64,000 nucleotides of DNA, from positions 37,944 through 101,943 of the forward strand of contig DASWVE010000043.1 of assembly GCA_036401315.1 (NCBI GenBank). The letters are read 5' to 3'. Origin of the DNA: Candidatus Acidiferrales bacterium (lineage in GTDB: Bacteria > Acidobacteriota > Terriglobia > Acidiferrales > UBA7541). The notes beneath the pieces were generated by a model. That model saw only the letters and a list, made by a program, of their open reading frames with translations, was not told the DNA's origin and searched no databases. The position numbers were made by a program, and so were the translations under genes. Shown piece after piece: positions 45,706-54,766 of the stretch; within the stretch, counting starts at the first letter, position 1, and each line of letters opens with the position of its first letter.

Positions 45706-45756
45706 GGCCGCCAGAAACGGATAGCTGGCTTCGCCCGTTTTCGCTACTTTGGCGTC

Positions 45757-46986
45757 ATGGAAAAGCAAATAGCCATCGAATCAGTGACCGAGTCCAACAG
45801 CGGATCGAAGGTCGAATACATGGCGAAGCTCATCAGCAGAAATTCGCGGCGTGCAGGCCGTACAGACTCGCGACCGGGTAGCGCGCCCGAATCGCCGTCG
45901 GCAAAGTGGACTGCGGTCCTCGCCCGCGACAAACGCGCCGACGGTCGGTTCGTCTACGCCGTGCGTTCCACCGGGATTTATTGCAAGCCGTCCTGCGCGT
46001 CGCGCAAGCCGCGTCGCGAAAACGCGACTTTTTTCCCGCTCCCCGCGGCGGCCGAACAAAAAGGATTCCGCGCCTGCCAGCGCTGCAAGCCGCGCTCGGC
46101 TCGGGTTCAAGATCCCCGCACCCAGGCGGTCGCCCGCGTCTGCGCCGCGATCGACCGTCATCTCCAAACCGGGGACGCGCTTGAAGACTTTCGCCTGACC
46201 CTGCAATCGCTCAGCGCCAGCGCCGGAATGGGCCCCTATCAGCTCGAACGCGCCTTCCGCAGCATCATGGGCATCTCGCCGCGCCAGTATGCCGACGCGC
46301 GCCGCATGCATAGCCTGAAAACCAAGTTGAAAAAAGGAGACGACGTGACCACCGCACTCTACGAAGCAGGTTTTGGATCCAGCAGCCGCCTCTACGAACG
46401 CGCCCCCAGCCACTTGGGCATGACTCCAGCCACCTACCGTCAAGGAGGCGCCGGCATGCAAATCCGCTACACCATCGCCAGTTCGCCCCTCGGCCGCTTG
46501 CTCGTCGGCGCCACCGAACGCGGCATCAGCGCTGTCTATCTCGGTCAGGACGACGCTCCGCTCGAAGCCGCCCTGCATGAGGAATATCCTCGCGCCGAAA
46601 TTCTCCGCGACCGCCACGGCATGGAGAAATGGGTTGGCAAAATCCTCGACCATCTCCGCGGTCACGAACCGAATCTCGACTTGCCCACCGACGTGCAAGC
46701 CACCGCTTTCCAGCGCCGCGTCTGGCAGGAATTACGCCGCATTCCCTACGGCGCCACTCGCACCTACAGCCAGGTCGCCCGCGCCATCGGCCAGCCCACC
46801 GCCATTCGAGCCGTGGCCCGCGCCTGCGCCACCAATCCGGTGTCGGTCGTAGTTCCGTGCCATCGTGTGGTCCGGGAAGATGGAAATCTGGCGGGCTACC
46901 GCTGGGGCGTCGAACGCAAACGCGAACTTCTAGAACACGAGTCCGCGCAGAAATCCTCAGGGAAGGCGAAACAGCAAACGGCCTGA
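45757..46986 (+). CDS. ada: bifunctional Ada: methylphosphotriester-DNA methyltransferase/AraC-type regulator + O6-methylguanine-DNA methyltransferase
   Basis: WTAVLARDKRADGRFVYAVRSTGIYCKPSCASRKP...FRACQRCKP is the Ada zinc domain. AraC HTH in the middle. C-terminal IPYGATRTYSQVA...VVPCHRVV is the MGMT active site. The start could be 45757 or 45820. Confidence 0.92.
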   Translation: MEKQIAIESVTESNSGSKVEYMAKLISRNSRRAGRTDSRPGSAPESPSAKWTAVLARDKRADGRFVYAVRSTGIYCKPSCASRKPRRENATFFPLPAAAEQKGFRACQRCKPRSARVQDPRTQAVARVCAAIDRHLQTGDALEDFRLTLQSLSASAGMGPYQLERAFRSIMGISPRQYADARRMHSLKTKLKKGDDVTTALYEAGFGSSSRLYERAPSHLGMTPATYRQGGAGMQIRYTIASSPLGRLLVGATERGISAVYLGQDDAPLEAALHEEYPRAEILRDRHGMEKWVGKILDHLRGHEPNLDLPTDVQATAFQRRVWQELRRIPYGATRTYSQVARAIGQPTAIRAVARACATNPVSVVVPCHRVVREDGNLAGYRWGVERKRELLEHESAQKSSGKAKQQTA

Positions 46987-47030
46987 AATTTTGCAGCAGG
47001 TCTTGCGAAGGAATTGCGCGAAGCCGGAAC

Positions 47031-47735
47031 CTAGCCCTGCGGCTTCACTTTTTCAGTGCCCTTCGGCCAGTGTGGCTTGAAGTGCGCATCGCCCAAATCC
47101 GGGTTCCGCACTACTTTCGAATAGCGGATCACGAAATAATCGCCCGAGCCGGTCTCGTTGAATTGCTCCTGCACCGGCAGCCACGACGACTCGTCGAACC
47201 ACACCTGGATTTTCGAAATCTGATTCCGCGCATCGTCCGATTTCGGCGTCAGTTCCAGCTCGATCGTCTTGCGCTCATCCAGCATCGGCTCGCCCAGCAG
47301 CGTAACCAGATACGCCTTCTGCAGGTCTTTGCCATTCTCGCCAAATCCCAGCAGCAGATACTGATCCACCAGACCGCGGTGCTGCGCCAGATTGTATTCC
47401 TCCACCCGATTCAATCCCGGCGTGTAAACGAACAGCGAGTCGCCCGTGCGCAGAATCGTCCGCGCATTCGGCGCCTTCATTTCCAGCAGCATCTTGTCCC
47501 CGCGCACCAGCAGCGAACCATCTTCGGTGGATTTGTCGTTCACCACCACCGTTACTTTGGTCCGCTCCACGTCCGCCGACAGCGAATGAAAATCCTTCGC
47601 CGACCGGTCCAGTTGCCGCATCACGCCTTCCACCGTAGTCGGGCCGTGCGTTTGCGCTGCTCGCGCGCCGCCCGCCATCCAGGCGCACACCACCGCGCAC
47701 AAAACCAAAACCCAAGTCGCCTGCTTTCCTTTCAA
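47031..47735 (-). CDS. LolA-like periplasmic lipoprotein carrier
   Basis: LolA-family pattern: VMRQLDRSAKDFHSLSADVERTK..., GDSLFVYTPGLNRVEEY..., IELELTPKS...ISKIQVWFDESSWLPVQ. I prefer the TTG at 47735 (GGGGGG SD; gives M-KGKQATWVLVLCAVV signal peptide). The track ORF starts at the TTG at 47759. Confidence 0.75.
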   Translation of the reverse strand: MKGKQATWVLVLCAVVCAWMAGGARAAQTHGPTTVEGVMRQLDRSAKDFHSLSADVERTKVTVVVNDKSTEDGSLLVRGDKMLLEMKAPNARTILRTGDSLFVYTPGLNRVEEYNLAQHRGLVDQYLLLGFGENGKDLQKAYLVTLLGEPMLDERKTIELELTPKSDDARNQISKIQVWFDESSWLPVQEQFNETGSGDYFVIRYSKVVRNPDLGDAHFKPHWPKGTEKVKPQG

Positions 47736-47877
47736 GAAGCCCCCCGACCCGAATCCCAAGAAATAAATGAAGCCGAAATCATACTACACCAGTTAGATGT
47801 AGCCTCCCGGCCTTGGGTTCCGTGTCGTTTAATGAAAGAGGGCTTTTCGGAGGCAATTCAAGAGAATGACGAGGTGA

Positions 47878-47903
47878 ACAAAAAGAGAAGCCGACGCGCC
47901 TTC
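47878..47903 (-). terminator. weak terminator-like hairpin + U-tract after the small membrane protein gene
   Basis: The minus strand reads GAAGGCGCGUCGGCUUC followed by UCUUUUUG. The stem has one G-G mismatch and overlaps the stop codon. Confidence 0.3.
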
Positions 47904-48306
47904 AAGGATGCACGGTAACGTCGTAAAAAAGTACCACGCCCGCATCCGTCCGCACCGGATCGATCCGCACAATCTGAAACGTGCGATCCTTCAAATCCGT
48001 CACCGTCCGTCCCAGCAGGTCGTGCGTCTCCCGCTCCAGTTCCGGAGTCGGTTTGGCCGTGCGTTTCTCCAAAGCAAACGCCGTGGAATCGATGCGGTAG
48101 GTATGCGTCTGATTCAACGCGTCGTCGGTCAGGAGTTGAATGGAAGTGCTCGAAACCGCCGCGGCCTGCGGCTGGTCGCGAAACCAGGTCCGCGGCGAAA
48201 GCAGCACAAAAATCACGATCAGAATCACCATCAAGTCGTACGGCCAGCTGCCCCGTTCGTACGACCAGAAAATCGTGTTGACGATGCCGCGCCACAGGGA
48301 ACGCAT
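47902..48306 (-). CDS. small membrane protein, co-transcribed with ABC exporter
   Basis: Start at MRSLWRGIV, 1 nt after the ATPase stop (TAAGATG). One TM helix (WPYDLMVILIVIFVLL). I do not recognise the family. Confidence 0.6.
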   Translation of the reverse strand: MRSLWRGIVNTIFWSYERGSWPYDLMVILIVIFVLLSPRTWFRDQPQAAAVSSTSIQLLTDDALNQTHTYRIDSTAFALEKRTAKPTPELERETHDLLGRTVTDLKDRTFQIVRIDPVRTDAGVVLFYDVTVHP

Positions 48307-48307
48307 C

Positions 48308-49036
<729 letters not shown>

Positions 49037-49052
49037 TAACTATTCGCAGTAA

Positions 49053-50174
49053 CTATTCGTACGACAGCGCTTCCACCGGATCCTTCCGGCTTGCCATCCA
49101 CGCCGGATACGCCGCGCCCAGCAGGCCGCCCACCACCGCAATAAGCCCGGCGCGCAAAATCCACGGAGCCGTAATCAAAATCGTCAGCGTGGGAAACAAT
49201 TTGATGAAAATCGCACGCATCAGGTAGCTCAACCCGATGCCGCCGACCACTCCCGCCAGACACAGCAGCGTCGTCTCGCTCAAAATAATCTGCACGATAT
49301 ACGGTTTCGAAGCCCCCAGCGCCTTCAACACTCCGATTTCCCGCGTGCGCTCGATGATCGTTGTGTACATCGAAAGAAAAATCACCAGGAACCCGATCAC
49401 CACCGCGATTCCGATCATCACGTTGATAAACGCGCCCAGCCCCGGCAAATTCGACGAGGTCATTAGCGAAATAAAGTCTTTCAGCGGCCGGATTTCATAA
49501 CGTGGCAGTAGTTGCCGGATTTCATCCATCACCGCCACGGTGTGGTCCGTCCGGTCGCACTTGATGAAAAACACCGAAGCTTTGTCCCGCGCTCCGGCCA
49601 TGTCTTGCAGCGTCGACATAAAAACAAAAAGCCGCGCGCCCTTGCCGTGCTCCACGATTCCCACCACGTGGAATTCGTGCTCCAGGATCTTTACCGTCTG
49701 CCCCAGTTTTATCTTTTTGCTTTTCGAATACACGTCGTCGACGATGATGTCGTTGGGCTGCTCCAGATCGTGCCCTTCGTGAAACACGAACCCGCCGGTC
49801 ACCGCTTTGAAACTGTCTTGCTGAATTCCGTACACGATCTCGAGCCCGGTCGAATTAAATTGCAGCAGCACCGGCGCCACCGCTTGCACGTATTCCAGCT
49901 GTTCGAGTTTCCCCGCGATCGCGATCGGCATGGGCGCGCCGCTGAACGCCATGAAGACCGACGCCGACGGCGGCTGCACCATGATGTCCGCCCCTACGCC
50001 CTCGATGCGCTTCGCCGATTCCGCCAGCAGCCCGCTGGTCAGCCCCACCACGATAATCACCAGCGTCACCTCGATGGCCACGGCCAGCACAGTAATCAGC
50101 GTGCGCAACGGGCGGTGCAGCACGTTTTGTACGATCATGTGGCGGATCATAGGGGTAGGTTCGAACGCGATCAA
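49053..50174 (-). CDS. ABC transporter permease, FtsX/MacB/LolC-E type
   Basis: 373 aa. TM1 (LRTLITVLAVAIEVTLVIIVVGL), a periplasmic domain of about 220 aa, and a C-terminal FtsX domain (ERTREIGVLKALGASK...). TTG start 4 nt after the upstream stop. ATG alternatives at 50150 and 50138. Confidence 0.88.
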   Translation of the reverse strand: MIAFEPTPMIRHMIVQNVLHRPLRTLITVLAVAIEVTLVIIVVGLTSGLLAESAKRIEGVGADIMVQPPSASVFMAFSGAPMPIAIAGKLEQLEYVQAVAPVLLQFNSTGLEIVYGIQQDSFKAVTGGFVFHEGHDLEQPNDIIVDDVYSKSKKIKLGQTVKILEHEFHVVGIVEHGKGARLFVFMSTLQDMAGARDKASVFFIKCDRTDHTVAVMDEIRQLLPRYEIRPLKDFISLMTSSNLPGLGAFINVMIGIAVVIGFLVIFLSMYTTIIERTREIGVLKALGASKPYIVQIILSETTLLCLAGVVGGIGLSYLMRAIFIKLFPTLTILITAPWILRAGLIAVVGGLLGAAYPAWMASRKDPVEALSYE

Positions 50175-50178
50175 AACT

Positions 50179-51105
50179 CTAAGGCTGGGGCTCCTTGTTT
50201 GCCGGCTCCGTTTTTTGCGTGCCGTCTGCGCTGATCCGCACCAGATCCGATCCCGCCGGCTGTTTCAGCGTAAAGCGATCGGCCGGAATCGGTTCATTCA
50301 GCGTCAGCTTATTGATGTGAATCGCCAGTTGGTAATCCTCGCCCGGCCGCGCGATATCGATTTGCCGCGGATAGCTCGAAGTTCCTGCTGCAGCTCCCGC
50401 CGTACTTCCGGTAGCCGGCTGCCAGTCGCTGTACCGCACATCCGAGCCCACGGCTCCGCCGCTCTCGAACGTTTCCACGCGCGCGACCTGCAAATCGCCG
50501 CGCCCAAACCACACTTTTTTCACGATTTCGAAATTGTTCGCGCCAGCCGATTCCGCCCCCGCGGTTGGCCGGATTATCGTGAGTACATAATACCGGACAT
50601 TTGATTCGCTCGACTCTTCGATTAGCACCGGCTCATCCGCCGGGATCGGCGCCCACAGCAGCGCATCCGTCAGGTGCTGCGGCCGCAGATTCTCAATCGG
50701 CTTCGCCGATTGCCGCGCCACATTCACCGGCCCCACCACGAATTTATGCTTGGAAGGAATCGAAATCTCGAAGGTCTGCCCGTCGCTGACCATATCGAAA
50801 ATATTCTTGGCGATTACCGGAGCCTGCCCGATCACCCGAATACTCGCCGGCTTCGCCGCCAGCACGAACCCGTTCACCTCGTGATACTGCTCGATCACTC
50901 CGGAATATGCCGACCCCGACGTCAGCTTCATCGCTACGCCGGCGTTCAAGGTCTGCACCGCGTTCGCTTGCGTGTTATATCGCTCGATCAGCTGCTCCCG
51001 CGTCGCGCTCTGCACCGCCGCTGGAACGTCCCCGGGCTTCACCACGGTTTTATGGCTGGCCGCGCAGCCGCCTGCCAGACACCCCACCACCGCCAGCGAA
51101 ACCAT
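50179..51105 (-). CDS. lipoprotein with LolA/LolB-like (DUF4292-like) fold
   Basis: 308 aa. Lipobox LAGGC at residues 10-14. Sequence pattern of LolA/LolB-fold sorting proteins (GFVLAAKPASIRVIG...FDMVSDGQTFEISIPSK...RYYVLTI...FTLKQPAGSDLV). Directly upstream of the permease. Confidence 0.65.
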   Translation of the reverse strand: MVSLAVVGCLAGGCAASHKTVVKPGDVPAAVQSATREQLIERYNTQANAVQTLNAGVAMKLTSGSAYSGVIEQYHEVNGFVLAAKPASIRVIGQAPVIAKNIFDMVSDGQTFEISIPSKHKFVVGPVNVARQSAKPIENLRPQHLTDALLWAPIPADEPVLIEESSESNVRYYVLTIIRPTAGAESAGANNFEIVKKVWFGRGDLQVARVETFESGGAVGSDVRYSDWQPATGSTAGAAAGTSSYPRQIDIARPGEDYQLAIHINKLTLNEPIPADRFTLKQPAGSDLVRISADGTQKTEPANKEPQP

Positions 51106-51157
51106 CCAGATACAGCTACGAACGCTCAGACGAATCCCCTATAAGCGCAAAGTAGGC

Positions 51158-51186
51158 AATCTAACAGCCACTGTTAGGGGTGTCAA
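51158..51186 (-). promoter_or_regulatory. strong candidate promoter TTGACA-17-(TGt)TAGATT for the lipoprotein-ABC operon
   Basis: The minus strand has a perfect -35 at 51181-51186, a 17-nt spacer containing TGt, and TAGATT at 51158-51163. Lies about 52 nt upstream of the ATG at 51105. Confidence 0.5.
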
Positions 51187-51275
51187 CGAAACGCACCGCA
51201 GCCCAAATTCAAGCCGCGCGGATGAAAGCGCCTTCAACTTTTTAGGGAATTACCACGGAAGGATACTTCTTGCTG

Positions 51276-54068
51276 CTACTCGCGCCCCGCGTTCAACGAC
51301 CCGTTCCCATTCACGGTACCCAAGGACACCAGCAGCCGCCGCAATTTCGCGCGATCCTCGAGCCCCATCCCCACCAGTTCGAATCCCGCCTGCTGCGACC
51401 GCACGAACCGCACCACCGCCTGCATCGTAATCGATCGCAGCCCCGCCGGAATCTTCACCGTAGTCTCGGTGCCCACCGGAAACTGCAGCTCGCCATTCAG
51501 CAGCCCGCCATCCAAGCTCAACACGCTGATCGCCGAAGAATATTTCCCCCGCGCCGACGTCACCGTCGCCGGAACCTGCTTAGGCAGCCGCACCCGGCGG
51601 TATCTTCGATGCCGCACGAAATCGCGCTCCGGAATCGGATCGAGCGGCGCTAGCGCCAGCACATCTGTTTCGAGCCCCGACTGCGGCAAGAACGCCTGAA
51701 TCCATTCCGGGTCAAGCTTCGCCAAAGCCTGCGCCGCCGCCATCCGGATTTCATCCGGATACGCCCAGCCAAAAGTCTTCTTGCTCTCCACAAATTTCCG
51801 CAGATGTCCCGCCGCAGCCGGCGCTCGCATCCGTCCCAGCGCCTCGATCGCTTTCACCCGCAAATAATCTGGAGCCTGCGGCAAAATTTCTCCTTCTGCC
51901 AGACGCAGCAGCTTCGCTGCCGCATCCGCATCTCCCGAAACTCCAATCTCGTCGATCGCCAGCGGCAAAATCATGGTGTCGAACATTTCCAGCGAATCCG
52001 CCAGCAGCTTGCCGCGTTCCGGCGCGCCTGCCGTCGAAAGTTGCCGCACAATCGCGTCGTGGAAACCACGTCCGCCGTCGCGCAGCCGCCGCGGCAACAA
52101 TTCATCCACCGCCAGCGGATCCAGCCGGCTCAGCAATCCCACCACTCCGGCCGCCTTCGGCGCTCCTTCGTTCTTCAGCGTTTCCTTCAGATGGCGCACG
52201 CATGGCGCTCCCACCGCTTTCGCCAGCGATACGACGCCTTCGCGCTCGGTACGCCGCGAAGATCGCGCCAAGCGTATCGCCAGATGTTCCGCCGCGCCTT
52301 TCGGCACGCGCATCAGCACGCCGACCAAACCGTCCGGCACTTGCTCCGCCGCCAGCGCCTCTTCGATGAATTCCGCGATTCGGCTGTCCACTCCCAGCCG
52401 CGGGCGCAGAGTTTGCACCCAGCTCGGCCGCGATTCTTCCAGGTCCGCCACCGAATCGAGCGCCTGCTGCAACGCGCGATAATACCGCCGCGCCGCCGAT
52501 TCCTGGCTCAATCTCACAAACGCCGCGCTCAGCAAAGTCTGCAATTCCGGGTCTTGCTCCGCGCCCATCTGCTGCCCGATCTGTCGCAGCGCGTCCTGCA
52601 GACGCTTGCTCGCCGCCTTGCTGAATACTTCGGCCAGTTGTCCCAGCCCAATCGCCGCTTTCTTCCGCGCTTCAGCGTCCTTGTTCTGCACGCACGATGC
52701 GTAATGCAGCAAAATGTCCCCGGCCGCGTCCGATTCGCCCCGGCCCATCAGGTCTTCTACATACTGCTGAATGTTACGCGGCGGAATGCACCACGCCTCG
52801 CTCGACATCAGCACCGTCTTTTTTCCGGAGTCCGGGACCGCCGCCCAGAATTGTCGGTCCAGCACGTCCGCGTGGGATTCCACCATCATCCCGGCGGTGG
52901 CCATTTTGTCTTCGCGCGATTTCAGCAGCTTCCGCAGCGTAGCCAGCTCGCTGCCCATGCGGTCCAGCATCTGCCGCACTGCATTCACTTTCACTTCGCC
53001 GCGCTGGTATTGATCGATCGCGAATCGGATCGCCAGATCTTCCGCCAGGCGCAGCAGCATTGCTTCGTCCACTTTTGCGGTCGGTGATTGCGCCGCCACC
53101 GTAGCCAGCGCCTGCTGCAAAGTCAGTTGCGCGTTCTGCGGCAACGCTGAAATTTTCTGCTGCCAGCTGTTCGAATCCAGCTGTGGATGATTCGTCGCTT
53201 GCGCTTCGCCAAATTGCGAGAGCAGTTTCAGCAGGCTCTGCAACTCGGCTTCCTGCAGTTGCCCGATGCCACCCGCGAATCCCGTCGCGCCTCCGCCGCC
53301 ACGCACTCCGGTTCCAAACGCGCCGTTGCCAATTCCAATTCCACCTCCACCACCAATCCCGCCGCCGTTGCCGGTTCCCCCGCCCGCTCCGTTTCCATGC
53401 CCGTTTCCCGCGCCGGTTGCGGTGCCCGTTCCGTTCGCCGCGCCGTTCCCGCCACTGCCGTGCGAACCTTCCGCGGCCGCAATCAGCTGGATCATTTTTT
53501 CCGGGCTGCGGAACCAGTCCTGAATCATGTCCGCGTCCGCGCCCAACGTCTTCGCCGTCAGCGTCGCCGCCACCCGCGCTTCGGAAAATCCCGCATCCTC
53601 GGCGATAAACCTGATCTCATTCACTCGGATTCCGGCATTTTTCTTGTCCGCAAAATAAACCGCCAGCCGGTCTGAAAGCGGCCCCGCATTCGGCCCCGCT
53701 TCCATGAAGCACTTCACCAGATTTACGAACTCATCGCGCGTCACCCGGGGCAGGAAACCAATGCTGGCGACGCCCGCATTGGTCAGAAAGTCGGCGAAGC
53801 TCCGCTCCGCCTGGCTCGAATCGAGCGGGACTCCGTCGAGTAGCAATTGCGATCCGGAAGCTCCCAAAAGCAGACCGCCCTGGCTGGTCGCAGCGACCGC
53901 GTCCCGGAGTTCCTTCCATGCAGATTCAAACTGGTCGGCGGATCGGGAATGCTGTAAACCATAGAGCCGGGCGTACTTAAGTAGGACGTTCAAGCTGCGG
54001 ACGAATGCCTTGGCGTTGGGAATCGCGGGGGAACTGGAGATCGTGGCTTCGCCTTGCAGGGGTGCCAT
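51276..54068 (-). CDS. 930-aa HEAT-repeat protein with Gly/Asn-rich tract and C-terminal PilZ domain
   Basis: C-terminal VRHRRYRRVRL...SVLSLDGGLL are PilZ RxxxR and xSxxG motifs. HEAT-like units (KAIEALGRMRAPAAAGHLRKFV..., IRMAAAQALAKLDPEW). Low-complexity GNG/GGG tract at aa 201-269. Confidence 0.8.
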   Translation of the reverse strand: MAPLQGEATISSSPAIPNAKAFVRSLNVLLKYARLYGLQHSRSADQFESAWKELRDAVAATSQGGLLLGASGSQLLLDGVPLDSSQAERSFADFLTNAGVASIGFLPRVTRDEFVNLVKCFMEAGPNAGPLSDRLAVYFADKKNAGIRVNEIRFIAEDAGFSEARVAATLTAKTLGADADMIQDWFRSPEKMIQLIAAAEGSHGSGGNGAANGTGTATGAGNGHGNGAGGGTGNGGGIGGGGGIGIGNGAFGTGVRGGGGATGFAGGIGQLQEAELQSLLKLLSQFGEAQATNHPQLDSNSWQQKISALPQNAQLTLQQALATVAAQSPTAKVDEAMLLRLAEDLAIRFAIDQYQRGEVKVNAVRQMLDRMGSELATLRKLLKSREDKMATAGMMVESHADVLDRQFWAAVPDSGKKTVLMSSEAWCIPPRNIQQYVEDLMGRGESDAAGDILLHYASCVQNKDAEARKKAAIGLGQLAEVFSKAASKRLQDALRQIGQQMGAEQDPELQTLLSAAFVRLSQESAARRYYRALQQALDSVADLEESRPSWVQTLRPRLGVDSRIAEFIEEALAAEQVPDGLVGVLMRVPKGAAEHLAIRLARSSRRTEREGVVSLAKAVGAPCVRHLKETLKNEGAPKAAGVVGLLSRLDPLAVDELLPRRLRDGGRGFHDAIVRQLSTAGAPERGKLLADSLEMFDTMILPLAIDEIGVSGDADAAAKLLRLAEGEILPQAPDYLRVKAIEALGRMRAPAAAGHLRKFVESKKTFGWAYPDEIRMAAAQALAKLDPEWIQAFLPQSGLETDVLALAPLDPIPERDFVRHRRYRRVRLPKQVPATVTSARGKYSSAISVLSLDGGLLNGELQFPVGTETTVKIPAGLRSITMQAVVRFVRSQQAGFELVGMGLEDRAKLRRLLVSLGTVNGNGSLNAGRE

Positions 54069-54086
54069 TCGGTTACACCTGCAAGA

Positions 54087-54113
54087 ATTGTACTAGGACC
54101 CTCGTTCGTGCAA
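54087..54113 (-). promoter_or_regulatory. candidate promoter (TTGCAC-15-TACAAT) for the HEAT-PilZ gene
   Basis: Minus-strand hexamers with a short 15-nt spacer. AGGTG SD and the ATG at 54068 lie downstream. Confidence 0.3.
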
Positions 54114-54167
54114 ATAGTACTAACGGCCCATTCCGCTACTTTTTACGGCACAGGCGTACTCGCGGCC

Positions 54168-54722
54168 TTAGGCGGCGAGCCGCACTTCCACTTCCTCGTC
54201 CTTGAGCACCGGACGGATCCGGCGAATCACTTCGCTGGCCCACAATTTTTCGCTCAGCAGCACCAACGAGCCATCGTCGAACGAACAAATCGCACAGAAA
54301 TAATATTTCTGAAACCCAGTGTGATATGCATCCACGCCCTGCCGCGCTAACTCGCCCTCCAGCGCCGGATCTCCCGCCGCCAGTACCTCCCCCGCGCGCG
54401 CTCCGAACGTTTCCTTCTGGAAACGATCGACCAGCGGCTCAAGCTTTTCGGTCGCCGGCGCTGGAATGACCAGCGACCGTTTGCTCGCGTCCCGAAATTC
54501 GATCTCATGCCGCGTGCAATAATCCCGGATCGGATCCAGGTGGCTGAAAAAATCGAGCGCCCAGCGTTCGTCTCCCGCCACCGCGCGCAGCACGCGCGAC
54601 CAGATCTTCGCCGCGTCCGCTCCGCGAATCGGCTCGCGGTTTTCGTCCGCTTCAGTCAGCTCCAAACCCATGGCGCGCACATCTTCGCCCAGGTCCAGTG
54701 GTTCGATTTCCAGCAGGTACAT
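54168..54722 (-). CDS. hypothetical protein (184 aa)
   Basis: Coding-like composition, with an AAGGAA SD 7 nt upstream. I recognise no family. Last gene of the ruvX-mltG string. Confidence 0.65.
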   Translation of the reverse strand: MYLLEIEPLDLGEDVRAMGLELTEADENREPIRGADAAKIWSRVLRAVAGDERWALDFFSHLDPIRDYCTRHEIEFRDASKRSLVIPAPATEKLEPLVDRFQKETFGARAGEVLAAGDPALEGELARQGVDAYHTGFQKYYFCAICSFDDGSLVLLSEKLWASEVIRRIRPVLKDEEVEVRLAA

Positions 54723-54727
54723 GCAGG

Positions 54728-54762
54728 GTTCCTTGCGAATGTTCCTTGGGGAACGTTCCTTG
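54728..54762 (-). repeat. three direct CAAGGAAC repeats in the 44-nt spacer between the two hypothetical genes
   Basis: The plus strand has GTTCCTTG at 54728, 54741 and 54755. The mRNA strand reads UAAauuuCAAGGAACguucccCAAGGAACauucgCAAGGAACccugcAUG. GGAACGTTCC is a 10-bp palindrome. Confidence 0.8.
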
Positions 54763-54766
54763 AAAT

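Noticed and set aside
45598-45756. c-di-GMP riboswitch next to the PilZ gene
   Set aside because: There is no match to the GEMM-I conserved cores (CAGGGCAAACC..., GACGCAAAGC...). The PilZ promoter candidate also lies downstream of this region, so it is not in the PilZ 5' UTR.
46629-47918. 429-aa plus-strand ORF spanning the ada 3' end and the LolA-like gene
   Set aside because: It is extremely Arg/His/Pro-rich. It overlaps two well-supported genes in other frames or on the other strand.
51804-53087. 427-aa plus-strand ORF, with several Pro-rich ORFs at 53183-53675
   Set aside because: It is antisense to the HEAT-PilZ gene. The Pro-rich translations are simply the complement of the Gly-rich tract.
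53262-53468. Repetitive GC-rich DNA as a CRISPR or tandem-repeat locus
   Set aside because: It is in-frame coding sequence for a Gly/Asn-rich linker. The repeats are imperfect and codon-level only, with no spacer-repeat periodicity.
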